DNA of 64,000 bases from Phoronis australis (lineage: Eukaryota > Animalia > Phoronida). The notes under the pieces are model-generated. The model was not told the origin of the DNA and searched no databases. It saw only the letters and a program-made list of their open reading frames with translations. Location of the stretch: positions 164,858 through 228,857 of the forward strand of contig NMRA01000109.1 of assembly GCA_002633005.1 (NCBI GenBank). Reading direction: 5' to 3'. This document shows positions 37,201-52,200 of the stretch, in pieces; the first letter of the stretch is position 1; every line of letters begins with the position of its first letter. The translations under genes were made by a program, and so were the position numbers.

Positions 37201-40200
37201 TCGTGGGGGCCGTGGGTTGAGGGGGTTTCAAAACCATCCATTCCTCCATTTACCCTGGGAATAACAGACCAACCATCACCGTGTTTCCTAGTAACATACT
37301 TATTCCCGAAATATCCATTGACAACAACCTACATTTGAATGAGACTTAACTCTTTTGAAACGGATATTTAATGCGCAGAAAGAGTTTTGTAGCATACTGC
37401 AGGAAGTTTTCAATTTAAACTAGACAGAATCGACTGAACTCCGTCAAACCTTTGACGAACATTAGTTTTAAGCTAGAATCGATGTTCATCTCCAGTCTGA
37501 GTTGAAGCGGGATTGCTTTGTGTCGGGTGTCGACCGTTGGTAATTTATTCTCAATGAGTACATTAAACACGCTGCATACTGCTCACGGTTTCATTCCATA
37601 TGAATACGAAAGCCGTCTCCGTTAAAAGTGGGTCTGCAAAACTGTTCAGGTGAAGTCAAATTTAGTTTGATGCTTGCGATTGGTTCATTGATATTTGCCA
37701 TGAAAATTACCATTATCGTGCTTGGTGCAGGGGCGAATCCAGGATTTTGAGTTAGGGGGACCAGGGTAGAGTATTAGCACCCACGAACTGCCAAATGGAA
37801 TCTTAGGGGGGGCATGGCCTCGTTGGCCCCCTTCTAAATTTGCCACTCTGGTGTGCTTTGTGATGGCACGGTTCGAAGAAGAGATGTATGTTTTCAGTCA
37901 GAAAACGAAAATCGGAAAGTGGTTGCGTTATTTAGTTCAGAATGCAAAATGTGTATTTCATTTCCAAATTACAACCAAAAATAAAAATTACTAAATTATT
38001 CTCACGAAATTGCTTCGAAGTTTGCCGCCACTAGTGTGTATGATTTGAATGAATTGAAGTAGGTGCTTGTCACACAAGCCGACGATTGTTGGGAACATCT
38101 TCTTCTGTCAGTAGCGTGTTCAGATCATCTTGTGTCCCAAGAAAAACTATCATAAACTTCCATCATTATCGACTCTGTCATTCCGACGAGTCCCTCATAA
38201 AGTCTTCCAAAGCATGGGCGGTTTGGTTTTAGATGCTGCGTGACGTGTTTGATAGTCTTCTGTGATAGGAATTTGTCATTTTTAAGCAAATTCCTGTTAC
38301 TGCCAGCCGCGAACAGGCACGTTTTGGCGCTGTCCAAAATCAAATTTACAGGTATCGTTTACTTGTGGAGCGGTTGAAAGCATTGGTGAATGCTGCATTC
38401 ACAGGTCACTCAAAATGCCTGGGGGCACCTCTAGTGACAAATGATTTGTCGAGATTGAGTGAGTTGTAGTATAGTATTTCTGTAAAATCTCCAGTAGTGG
38501 TGATTGGTGGAGGTTCCTCTGATCCATAGGTATGCAGTAAGATTTTCCACTCACTTCCAAGCAGGTAATACACTGATGAATAACAATCTTGACAATCTGG
38601 CCTGTGCGTGGTGTCTAGCATTTCTTGTCCGTATGTGTTGTATTTAAAAGAACTCCGCCACCTAACATGGCTTAACGCTCAGAGTCCCAAATTACTTGAT
38701 GAACACGCCCTTGGCTGAAAGAAGTATCAGGCGTCTAGTTTCAACTGGGATTTTAGCAATCAGCGTCGTGCACCAGTGCGGATTAGTTGTTGATCATCCA
38801 GGAATAAATTGAGGTGGTGCAAGCGGGTGCAACTTTCCTTGTAGCCTTGCAGTACTCTCATTTGGAAGATGGTAGACAATGAACCCATAGATGCTCGAAG
38901 GGGCAGATACCATCATCAGACGTATTTGTTGTTTTTCGTTTTCTGTACAGATGGTCAACAAACTGCAGGACTTGGAAAATTACTACTAGGTTTATTCTCC
39001 ACTAAAGTGTGCAACTGGAAAAGTTGTGTGAAAAAATAAAGTTGTCAGTATTGCTTAAAAGTGTGTTGGAATAAGATTGTTAATTTAAGTAGCAGAAGAG
39101 CACAAAAGGGTTGATTCATAACCTTTCTGCTTCTGCTTTTGATGGTGTGAGTGGACAAAGAAGGGGACTCATTAAACATTAAACAATGTATCATAAGTTT
39201 TTATAAAGTATACACCTGTGGGTTATGATAGAAAAACATCACTGGTTTGCAGCAAAGAGATCTTTAATGTTATCGTTGTACTTTTGATTTGTACCTTAAT
39301 GTCAACACTGCGAAAAAATGAAATGCATGACAATAGATGCTACTTTGGAAAAGGCCGTGTGTATTTTATGTGAGCCAAAATAAGGCGACTTGCAGGCAAT
39401 GACGATACTGTAAAGGTAATTCACAGACAGTAAGCGAGAGAAAATTGTCAGTGGCATGACTTAAACAAAGCCATACCTATCGATGAAGAATTTACGATCA
39501 CATTAAAAAACAACCTGGAATGGTTTCATGCCCTTTTTTATCGAACAACAGTGTTGGAAGCTTTACTTGAAGTTAAGTTGTGTTATTTAACAATATTTTT
39601 GATAATATGTATCTTTTGTGCTCATATTTTGTACACTAGCTTTTATTTCTAGTACTCGCATCCGCGAACTTCTTCAAGAAAACCTTAAGTTGATTCTTTG
39701 CTCAATCGCATGGGAGAAGCATCACTAACTAACGAAATCGCAGCGTTTTACCAACATATTATTAAGAGAAAACGTATGGGTCCGTTGTCTCCAAACCACT
39801 ACGTTGAATTTTGACTTCCCTTTCTTCAAGTTCCATTTTCTGTGTTCTGTAACTCGCATGTCTGAGAACTTAAGACGTCCCTCTTTTTCTATCTTAAATG
39901 ATCAGCTTTACGCAAAGCTTTTCATTTCATCTCGTTGATGTCCCAAGACCTTCATTTTCTGTTGAAATGGACACCTGGTTGCTCTGTGCACCATTACCAA
40001 CACTTGTTTTCAGATCTAGGACTTGAAACGACGTCCCCGTGGCAGATACTTGCTTCTTCTTTCTGTGGTATCTCCTGTTGTAAATTCGAGCCTTGGAGTT
40101 GTCCATTTCCTTTTGGGTGTTTCATTCCTGGGAAGCGTCAACCCTGTATCTGTTTTGCCTTTCTTTTTCCTTTCTCAGGAAATCAGGATCGTTGCGTTTT

Positions 40201-43200
40201 TTCTTTCTCGATATGTTTTTTGAATCTTTGCTTGCGTTTTACTGATAATGTCTGAAACAGATAAGTTCCAATAAAAATGCCACGCCTGCACGAGAGAAAA
40301 AGGCCAATGAATCAAAGAAAACACTTCAATTATTCATTTTTATATATATGGAGCCGCTTCTCAATTCACTAAATCTATTTCGCACTTAAATATACATTCC
40401 GTTTAAATATGCTTGATTTGAATCGTCACTACCATGTTTGAAGGAGATTCATTGATAGATACATGTACGTTATATAGCGTGACATAGACACGTTTTTACA
40501 GAAAGCCTTTGTCGGTTGGACCTGTAGAATTTTATTTATTTTCCCTAAATATGGCACTGTTTCTTAACGCTATGAAAGCTACATCGCTTCGGAAAAAATT
40601 GTCCATTTTAAAGGCGAAGGCAACCTCTTTTCATGTCACTTTTAGCAAAAACAAGGTCTTTGATTATCCCAGACATATTTTTTACTTAATTACAGCTTTT
40701 TGTAATTTAATTAATTACTCGTCATCTACTCCGGAAGTCACGTTTTGGGAGGCAAGAATTTCGCGCCAATTTCTTTTCATACAGTCTGACAGTGAGAGCA
40801 GTCTAGTCAGTCATTGTTCTACCTCGGTTGTGATAAGTTTGGTGGTCGTTTGCTTTTGTTTACGAGTCAGTTAACATGCCACACTGTTGCTGCGCACCAG
40901 GATGTACTCATTATCGTCTCACACGCGCTTTGGGAACCTTGCATCGCTTTCCGAAGGGTGACACACTTCGTCGTACTTGGCTAGCTCCCTCGTGTAAAGA
41001 ACGCAGCACTACCCGTTCACGCAACGTACAAAGAAGTGGGAAGCATTTTCAGCCGTCAGATTACGACAGAGATATGTACGCTGAATTGATGAAGGTCCCT
41101 GCGAAACAACGCCTGAAGAAGGGTTCAATACCGTCGCTGTTGATTCCCGGCAGTGCCCCGTCGCCACACCCGAGAAATGCGTTTTTTTGAAGCGAGAATC
41201 CTCGCGAGCTGTGTTCCACTATATACAGTGACTGGAGGCACTTCATCTACTGTCATGCCTCCGAACGTACCCCATAGCGTGCAATTTCAGGAACTAGTAG
41301 TGATTCCCCTTGTGCTGTTGTCTCTAGCCCATAGCCTGTAAGCAGCCCTGCAGCGATGTTCAGCAGTGGGAGTGAATACAGGCCCAGTTTGACACCCAGT
41401 GAAAAGGACAGTTCGACATCCAATGAACAGATCGGTGAGCCTATGTTTGATAAGTTTATTGTGGACTTGTAGAAGGTGCCACGTGTGTGACGAGGGAGTC
41501 GCACGGCGGGATGTAAGCAGTTTGGGTGCTCAAGTCACCACCCACTGAGAGTGTGTCGCAGGACACTCGGGCAAGTGCGACAGTTCTTCCTTTGTACGTG
41601 AGACGATAGTGAGTACATCTCGGTAGGCAGCAACAGCGTGGCATGTTGACTGGCTCGTAAACAAAAGCAAACGACCGAACTTATCACAACCGAGGTAGAA
41701 CAATGACTGACTCGACTGCTCTCACAGTCAGACTGTATGAAAAAAAAATTGGCGCGAAATTCTTGCCTCCCAAAACGTCATTTCCGCAGTAGACGACGAG
41801 GAATTAATTAAATTACGAAAAGCTGCAAATAAGTGAAAAATATGTCTGGGATAATCAACAAACCCTATTTTTGCTAAAAATGACATGAAAAAAGGTTGCC
41901 TTCGCCTTTAAATCTGACAACTTTTTACCTACCTCGTCAAAGATGTAACTGATCACGCTTTGAACCATTCGGGTTTGTCTTCGGGTTGTCGATTCTGGCG
42001 CAATCAGACAATATACATGTATGTCTGTTCGTCCAAAATGGAACACGACCGCATGGGAAGATTATGTAACTCCTGTTGTACATCGCATTAAGCTAACCAA
42101 TAACGTATCTATCACATAACGTATCGTTGAAACCAAAAACAAAACTGACGACGCAGGACACAATTTTGAGGAAAGGAATTAAACAACCATTTCAATACAC
42201 TCTTACAGTAACCCCAACAACATTAAAAGCATTTACATTCCCAGGATACCTCCCAGTTTCACGTAATAACGTATCTTTGAAAACAATTGAAGACGATTTC
42301 ATAAAAGTGGTTTAACAAAACCAGGTTTAAGACTTAAACCTGGTCTTCCTAAACCTGGTCAAATTTAAGACTTAACTTGCATTTCACCAACGTGGTTTAA
42401 AAGTCTGAAAGTCTGGTTTTGTTAGACAGGGAAGCCGGTTTAGTAAAACAAAGCTTTAAGTATCTAAGCCACCCTGCTGCGTCGATCTGGATTAACCCAA
42501 AGAAGACCCTATTGAAGTGCTTCAATGAAACCTTGATCACGTGGGTATGCAATGGCACACACTAGTAGAATCAGTGCAGACACTTTTCTCTTGAGGGAAA
42601 ATGTAATGTCTGTGCCCAACACACGTGCACACATTAAAACATACTCACGATTAGCAGCAACATGATAAATGTCCAAATTTATTTCCGTGCCATTTTAGTG
42701 TTTATTTTTCGCGGCCAAAGGGGGTCCGGGACCCCTTTCCGGCAACATTAAATCGGAGACCAATGGAGGTGGAACTCAGAAGCGCTTAGGTCAACGACGC
42801 CCTACTCGACCTGTCGTACTCTGAGGAATCCGCAGGACACCGTCCAGCACGTACTGGTCTACACATAGGCGGCTCCAAGTGATCCGGACTCCCTTTTTCC
42901 ATTGATTTTAGTGATATCAAATCTATATTTTTTTTATTGTTGACTTGGTCCCCCCTTTAAAAAGTACTTGACCGACCCTCCCCCTTAAAAATCGTAGATC
43001 TGTCCCTGCTACGTTTGATCTTGTGTCGTCGTAACACTGAATATTGAAAATAGTCCATTTTCGCAATTGCACACTGCGGCATCATTCAGTTGCACCTACA
43101 TCATGCAAGTCTGTCATATTTAACAGTTAAACCTGGGTCTGACCAAGTCTAAAGTAAAACCTGATTTAAGATCTTAATACAGGTCTCAGGAATATAACCC

Positions 43201-46200
43201 TCGTTGGTGAAATTAAAACTGTCTTAGACCAGGTCTAAACTGGAGTTAAACCAGGTTTTACTAGACCACTGGTCTAAAAGTTAAACCACCTTTATGAGAT
43301 GCAGATTATCTTTAAACCTGGTCTGAGTTCAGTTTAAACCAGCTTTAACTTTAAACCACCTTTACGAAATCGGCTGTTGGGTAACTACTTTCTGTGTCAG
43401 AGACCCGGGGTTGGAGGTCTTGACCTTTTTAGAAAAGCAAAGTTATTTTTGTCAAATATTACCTTTACTCAAATCCAATTCAAAATCTAAACGAAATAGA
43501 AAAAGTGCGTCTATAGATTAAGGTTTAGCAACTATTATACCTTACTACACATTTTATCACGTTAAGCTGCGAGTGGGAAAAATCGTCTGCTGAAGTAGGT
43601 TACCACTGGTAACAGAATTATGCTCAAACCAAAGGATTCTGACGACACGATATCTGCATTCAAATTGAAGATCGGTGATTTTCTTAAATGAGCACGCGCA
43701 ACAATCGCATGTTCAACAAAGGGCATTGTACTGACATTTATACGCTATGAAACAGAAGAAACAAAATTTCCATAAAAACAATATTTTGATTCAGTGAAAA
43801 TTATCTCTCTTTTTCTCTCACTTGTAAATCACCCATCTCCAAAGTGAATGCGTGTATTATGACGTCGGGATCCTTCGACTTGAGCATTATACTCCGTTAC
43901 CAGTGGCAACCTACTTTAGCAGAAGATATTTTCTTGGCCGAAGCTTAGCTTGTTGAAATGTGTAGTAAGCTATAATAGTTGCTAAACCTTAATTTATATA
44001 TTCACTTTATTTCTGTTTGTTTAGATTTTCAGTTGGTTTTGAGTAACAGCATTATTTGACATAAATAGCTCGGCTTTTCTAAAAGGTCACGACCTCCGAC
44101 CCTGGGCTTCTAAAATAGAAAGTAGTTACAAAGCCGAGGCTTGTCGAGAAAGGTAGAACAATTCACTGCATTGTTTCTCGTTCAGTATGGGCGATAATTC
44201 TCCGAAATCCACTCGGGCTATAGATAAGGGGTATAATGACTAAGAACATGTAATAATCTATATCAACTGGAAAAATTCCCGTCCATATGTTGACATCGTT
44301 TCAGCGCCAAAACATGAGCAAATCACATTGAGTAGTTTGGCATCAATTACAACTGCTTTCAACAACTCTTTTTTGTTAAAAGAGGTTATCGTTTTAGGTG
44401 CTGTATTTTATTCTCATCCCTATTTTTGTACTTGTTTTTGTCACAACGACATTGTGACACGCGTGTCTTTCATAGGTGAAACACATGTCGATCATGAATG
44501 TATTTATCAATATGTTCGAAGCGTGAGTGGGTTACTTAATAAAACCATGCTACATGTGTTTTCATGCTCTTTTGGTTGAAAGGAAATTGGCTAAAATTGG
44601 CAGGGCAAAAATTTTCCTCTCCAAGCAGTTAGGCGCACTGCGGATTCCCCTATGGGTCTGAAGGAACTCCAAACAATGTGGAAACACCTTTCTGTGTTAC
44701 ATGTGTCGAGCTACTCTACAGTTCTGTCACAATCCCAAGCAGAATAACCATACGTGATTTTGAGGCTGGACAGACTCATACCTTAACCATGTCAACATTA
44801 AACAATGTGGAAATACCAGCCAATGTTTCATATGTTGAAAACTACCGTTATGTCACACTTCCTGAAGCACAACATTCGAACAGGTTTTTTCAAACTTGTC
44901 CTGCTCGTACCTCAGACACTGGACAGCCTCAGAGTAACATATTTTCTTGACTGCCTGTTCAAAGAGCTGATTCACTGACCTTTCCTTTTCTATCCTTACC
45001 CTGCCTTTAGCTACTTCTTCCCATTATAACAAGTGCTAATAGTTTCTCATAAAGATGAATTTTTGCAGGTGAAGTGATGTAATAATACAAGAAATACTTG
45101 GTATATGTTCCTAAGTGTTTCGACAGTTCTTTCTTTCATCAAATCAAAATGACGGTCCAATAGTGTCACGTCATGCGATTAAAAGGAATTGGAAGTTCTT
45201 TCAAATACACTGTGTTAAAATACATCAATGCAATCACTTCTTAGAACTATATTTTGTTGATTTTTAGTTTTAAAACAGATAAAACTGAAGTTTTGCAATT
45301 GATGACATGTTTGATTTAGGAGTGATTATTTGTTTGAAATTTTCTTCGTATAATTATTTACAGTTTACTCCTTTTTTGGAATTCAGGCATAGTTGGAAAA
45401 AAGGATTGAACTTGGAATAACGATAATGGCAATGGACATTGATTTAAACATGGTCTACTAGATGCATCAGCACCTATAGCTCAGCCATGGTTTAAACCAA
45501 GGTCAAAAGCACACTTTAAAAATAAACCATGGTTGGAAATGGGTTTAACCATTGTTGATCACTGTTAACTATAGTTAACCATGATCACATTTCTCAGGGG
45601 AAACCAAGAGGGCTGGATTCTACCCTAGCAGCATTTGGAATGGAAATTGTGTAGCTATGGTTCCATCTGTCGTTAAAAGATAAAACTGATTGAAGAAAAT
45701 GATTTTGTTTACACCAAAATTGAAATAATTTACTTGTTTCGTTTCACTAACTCTAAAGTTACATGAAACGTTAGGCGCTTAACGCAATTTGCATTCACGA
45801 ATGTACCATCTCTTTCTTGTATACATGCAATTTATTAAATTTCGATCGTAAACATTATGTCGCTTCTTGGTTTAGTGGAGCCTGTCAAAACTACACTCGC
45901 GATAAAAGACATTGATTGGGATGATGATATGCTCAACCCTATGTCGATTGTGTACCAGGAGACGGCAGAAAGGATAGAAGAGAACATCGCTAAAATCATG
46001 GAATCTGCAAATGTTGAATCGTTTGAAATTACTGTCAACAAACTAAGGTAGTGTGTTGAAAATGTATGCTGAAGAGAAACGGTAACCTACATGAAAAGTA
46101 AATAATTCAAGTTAGTCAGTAAATTTCTGTGGCTGATAGCAAACGGGCGATGTTTCTGTGTTGTGGTTATTAAATGTGTCTGGGGAACTTCCCACTCTTA

Positions 46201-49200
46201 ACTATAAAACTTCTAAGGAGCTCTTGTCTTTGAATTACAGTTCAAAATCAAATTTACTACTCAACTTTTCGGAACTTTGAAACCATGTGATGTCCTCCGA
46301 AAGCATTATTGATTTAAACTTAAAATACAAGGACATTATTGGAAAGCTTCTAGTCAATGAGACGTCATACAAAACAGTGGCATCGCTCAGCTGAACACCA
46401 TAACAAATGCAATTGCAAATGATTCAATATTTTTGAAATAGCCTTCTTCATTGAGGGAATACTGTTTTAAATACTTCCAATCACGAGCTCAGAGTAACAA
46501 TTTTTAATGAGTGTTTAGAGCCCTTAGTGCAAAGTTTATCATCCACACTGCCATAATATATAGTTGTTCAAGTACTGGCAAAAACAAGCAAATACCCGTG
46601 ACCTAAGGTTTGTATATTTTCACCTTGTTTACCATTAACCATTAACCAACTCAGCTGTTGGTCACAACTATGGGGAACTAATTTTAAACCAGAAAAAGCA
46701 TTGACCAAATATAATAACCCTTTCTCGATTATAGACTCATTCTATGACCTTAAACTTAATGATGAAATCTTTCCTAGAAAACAATCCCCACACATCTTGT
46801 TAAACTGTTAGATGGAGAATTTTCGTTCACAAATCACGTTCGGGATCTCGAACAAAAAATCAGAAACAATTATAATACACTCAAGATTGACTGTGATCAT
46901 CTGAATTCTACATATTTAGAAGTCCTGTTGAAATCTTTTATACTTCCACACATCGATTACTGTGATATTACGTATGAGTCTGCCAACACTGGTGTATTCC
47001 AGCTTTTGAGAAATCACACTATCAAGCTGCCTTACTCATAATTGGAGCGTGCAGGGGATCCAAAACACCGTATTCACGCAGTCGTCATTTTAAAAATGAC
47101 CCTGTTTTTAGGTTTTGAAAATAATGTATTTTGCGCTTAAATGCAGCGCAAAGTGTGATTTTTTTCGCATGCCTCGTTATATTCGTATCTCAAATGCATT
47201 GCTTTTAAGCGTAAGATAGGCTTTCTACTAGCATGGTAACTGCTAGCCTTGGTACAAAGCTGTATACTAAATATACAGCTTTGCGTTGATGTGGGGAAAC
47301 ATGACCAGGTAACATAGACACAAATAAGATAGTGTCATTAAAAACTACACACTTATTTGAGTAAACAAAGCTATATTATGGTTTTGGAAAATTGGCGTTC
47401 TACCGTTTTCCTGCTACTAAATTTTTGGAGTGATCTTCTGCATGGCTTTCGGCACCATGAAATATTGCGTCACCTGTTGGCCAGTTTCCTTTTTCGCCGA
47501 TTCTTCAATCAACTGTTTTTCTTTCACGAGGTTGCGTACACGTCACAACAAATTATCGGAAATGGGTTAACTGCATTATAAGTTTTTAGAATTTTGATAC
47601 CGAAAAATCGTATTTCAGAAGAATTTTTGCTGCTGCCAAGCTATCATTACCTCTCAAGAGGTGTCGCAACATTTAGGAAATGGCGCGTGCATGTGTCACT
47701 AGTGTACTGTTTTCAATACGACGACATCACTTTTCTTTGTTAGAAAATGCGGAGGATTACGCAAGAAAATGACGTTTATTAGATTTTTTCCACCTAAACG
47801 GGCAAGGTGAGTGCCAATTGATTCCCAGATTTTGCATGCACCCCGTCCGGTCTTTAGCACTACATGTTGATACAGGTATCACGGCTCGTTGACGAACAGA
47901 ACTACACCGGCTATGTGCAATTTAGGGGTCTACGGAAGAAAAATCCACTGTGGTATTTAGCTGTATTTTACGATAGTCTTCATACAACTAGCTGGCTGGC
48001 TAGGCAACTGCATGAATAAGGCCTATAACGTTAAGGTTTTGAATAGTCTCAAGTGGCCCAATCTGTCTACTCGACGCAATCTTCACCTGGCCACATTCTA
48101 TTTCAAAAGTACTAAACAATCTCAACAATGCGTCTCCCAACACATTATTTGATCCACATACTAGACAAGGCCTTCGTAGTGGTTTGAGATCTTCCGCCCC
48201 ATATGTAATTCCTCCGTCTTTCAGTCAGGCATTCAGAAGGTCTACAGTTATGACGTGGACTAACAATTGAAATTCTCTTCTAGTCTCTGTTAAGGAAAGC
48301 GACTCTTTACGAGTATAAAAATCAATTCTATTTTTCATAATGTTGAGGGCTCAATAGCCCTGACAGAGTCCTCGCTTCTCAGTGAAAACGAAATGCATTG
48401 TACCAATCGAGATGCTGTTTTCTGTCAACTCCGACAAGTGTACGCACCACTTCAGTAGTGTCTCTCCAAACTGTGCATGAGGTGACCATCAATCTTATCA
48501 TCATGTTTTTTCAAATGTCCCGTCATTGATTAGCTGATAAACTAAATCTTTAGTGCACTCAATAAAAACCAATTAATTGTAATGGTTTCAATTTATGTAA
48601 TAATACCTCTACTAAAGTTACATTATTATTTAACGGTAGCTCAGACTTGACCTTTATTTCAATGTTCGTAATTTTTGCATCGCTTTTAAATATTGTTGCA
48701 CCTGATTTCCATATCTGTACATGTTATTTTAAATATGTTCGAAATAGCATATCTAAATATTTGAATACTAATTTGTTACAACTGACATATAAATAGCTCT
48801 ATGTATACCCCTTTATTTATGTACTGTCTACTACCCAGATATGATATTTCGTGATTTCTGGGCTTGTCATCATTTCCCTTGTAAGTTCTGTGTGTTCTGC
48901 GATAAATATATATCACCTTGAAAAAAACATTAACCAAACGTCAATAATAGTTTGTGTTTTGCGACTGATTTCCAAAATAATATTAATAGAGAAATGAAAA
49001 AATGGCAGAAAGTTGTTAATTATACAGAAAAAATGTCATAGAATGTAAAGTCACGGTGTGACTTGAAGTTGCATGAGGTTGGTCTAAAGAAATAACGCGA
49101 TTCTCGAGCCCTGAGGTCACTTCTTCTAAAACTGAGTATGGAAAAAGACCAGACCATTTATTTCATAACAGTAGGTGGCCTAAATGAAAACTCTATTTTC

Positions 49201-52200
49201 ACATAAAACACGGCCACGAAGTATTTGGTTGGACGCACTTTGAGACAAGGCTTGGAATTTTCCGCGGAACGCGGATTTCCGCTTTTTTTCTCCAATTCCC
49301 TCTGCGCATTTTTGTTATATTTCTTCGGAAAAATCGAATTTGCCATAAAATTTTCGCCGTACATTGGTTTCTAACGGCAGCGTTGCCGACGACTCGAAAA
49401 GGAGAAACTGCTCTTTATGTTTTGGAGGATCGAAAAACGTAATTGCCGGGGCACCTGGACTATTGCGTGCTTCATCAATGGCGTCTGCATATAGACCCTA
49501 TTCAGGCGGCGGTCATTAAGATCCAAAGCGAGGCTCACTGCGATAAACAAAGCGAAAGTAGACATTAAAGTTAAATAGCCGGTCTTTCGAGTCCAACCTG
49601 GATATTAAATTTTAATGATGTGTCGACAATTAACCACAGAGACGTAGAAAATTACATTAGAGAATAAGTTAAGGCGCCAAAGAGTTGTCTGACGAAAGGG
49701 TTTAATTTTTTTCGGAAAACTAGGTTCGAAACATGAAAAGTAAATTTGTCCAAATTGCGGCGATCGTAGTGTTACGGATTAGGTACTATGCTGAATGCAG
49801 GGTTACGTTTTTTCTTGTAAATTCTTGATCAAAATACTTTCTAATCGGACCAGGTCATCTGCCCGTATTGTTGACGAGCTGAAGACATATTCGACAGTGG
49901 TGTCTGTCATGCGCAATTAGTCACATCTGGTTTAAATTGTTGATCAAGAATATTAACATCAAGCATAGCCTGATCCTATGTACACACTGGGACTAACAGT
50001 TGATTTGTCATTGGTCTGAAAGAATGATTGATGTTATTAAGTATATTTTTATTAAAATAAAAAACCAGGCTCGTAATTGAAAATAAAAATTATTTGACCA
50101 TCAATGCTTTCTTGGTTGTAATAATTCTTACGTCTATTTCATGTGTTAGATTTCAAATATCAATATGGACCAAGTTGAATTTTAAAATTAAAACACCTAA
50201 TTCGTTCGTCCAAAACATAACATCGTTTTAGAACTCAATTCAGTTAACTCAGTAATCATAGTTATCATGTTTCTGCAGGAGCCTCTTTCATCCGAGGGGA
50301 ACGGTGCCAGTGCCTACTGAGAGGCGATTTTTTCGCTGAGTGAGGGCGGGAACAATCTACCTCCCGATCACCATCAATAGCACCCCCGCACCCCGCTGTT
50401 GCAAGATCTCATAGGCTCTGCCTCAATTTAAAGTAACCTTTTGTGCTCTTAAAAATTGTCACCAGTGTGGTTACAGGTGATTTGAACTCAGAGAGATTTT
50501 TCACTAGGGGAATTTTTATGCCTCGTTGGGGGAATTTCCCGTGATATTTCAATATGTTTGAGAGGGGAATAGGGCAGATATTGGGCCCCAAATTTGAGGG
50601 ATTGAGGGCCCTGTCCTTTTTGGAAAGAAAAATTATAATGTTTCAACCCGTAGCAGGAGCGGATCCAGGTTTTTTAGTTAGGGGGGCAGGGCACAGGAAT
50701 AAGCAGCATTTCGACAGATGTGCGCGCCCAGCCTAAACTCTGGGGATGCAGGGGTCTTGAATTCTTGGGTTTCCGGACCTGTTGACTAAAGAAAAACGGT
50801 AAACGGGGTTCATTCAGCGCCTATGCGTTGTTTATTCACCCCCTGTTGCGCACGTGTGCCAGTCAGCAATTCGCACCCGAACTCAAAAATGGGATCTGAT
50901 ACAATTTTAGGGGTGGCCATGCCCCCCTCCCCCTAAATCCGTAGTCATGAAAACACAGCCTGCCTGGCCAATTCTCCGGTCGTTACTATGATGCTTAACA
51001 ACTGACCGACATGCGACAAAATATGATCTAACTTTTCGAAAACATTTATAAATTTTACACTGGCATATTCTGCTTCGTCGCGGCAACGACCCAACGCTTC
51101 CGAATCTCAACGTCTTTAGAGATTGTGAAGCAGACAGTTGCGTGTCCGTATTTTTTCTAGCCGTTCGCGGAACAACACGGTCTGAAACACATAACTATGC
51201 CGATAAGCGAACAGAGCTATCGTAGCGAGCCTCGTTTTGGAATGCGCCTCCTGTCGGCGTGAATAGCGTCTATGGTATTAATCGTGGTGACAAATAGTGC
51301 GATTCTGCGGCTAAAAATACGTGGAGCTTTGGGTTGGCAGATTCGTGGAAAATAGAATGAAAGAAACCGTCAATGTGTTCGCAAACAACAATGGTCTTGG
51401 TTTGCGCCCTGTAAACGTTTACAAAGGGACACTTACGGCGTGCGTAGCCGAATCGCGAAGAACCACCTGAAAACGATGAAACACAAGGAAAACGCTTTCT
51501 GAAATAAAAATCAACCGTAACCAGTAATTCGTTGGACTGGAATCGTGAGATGCGAGGGATGTATGAAATTCTTCTGTTTAAGCCTACGTGCAAGCCATTG
51601 CTGGCAGTTGCCAAGTTGGCTGCTACTTGCTAGGCCCGCCGACTCCGCCGATTTTCCACGTGCCGCCGAAACGAGACACAAAGTGCTATTTTTGAAACTG
51701 CAAATGTGTTCTAAGTTGCCGTTGATGTATTGCAATTTTTTGACAGTTTTCGTGTTTTATTTTGTTAAAAAAATCTTATTTTGACGGAATCGAGTTTCGC
51801 AGTTCAAGAGAGATGTGGTCACGAGACAGGTTCTGAATTATCTGATTGGTCCAAGCCATTGTTTACAAATTCTGCCAGCCTACTCTGAGTGTCCTTGTAG
51901 TTATTTCTTATGTCACATAGTTACATGTAGTTCTACACCAGCGTGGCTTGTGAACAATTATATCCTGTAAGTGCTGTTTTCAACAGAAAAGTTTGACCAA
52001 CTTAGGATTGTGATCGATGTGTTCTATAGTTTAAAGTATGTCGTTTTTGACTATCATTTTCCATGATAATTACTTGGGGTATGAGCCACATGATTTCGTC
52101 TTGACTTATTTCCATTGCGTTGGAATTAAATTTTTTATTGGAATTAAATGTGTATGTATTTCAGACTTTCCAGATAATCTGGGCCGATTTTCAAAATTTC

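Noticed and set aside
45070-45101. Candidate exon after tttttgcag upstream of the SEA exon
   Set aside because: In-frame TAA in the required phase.
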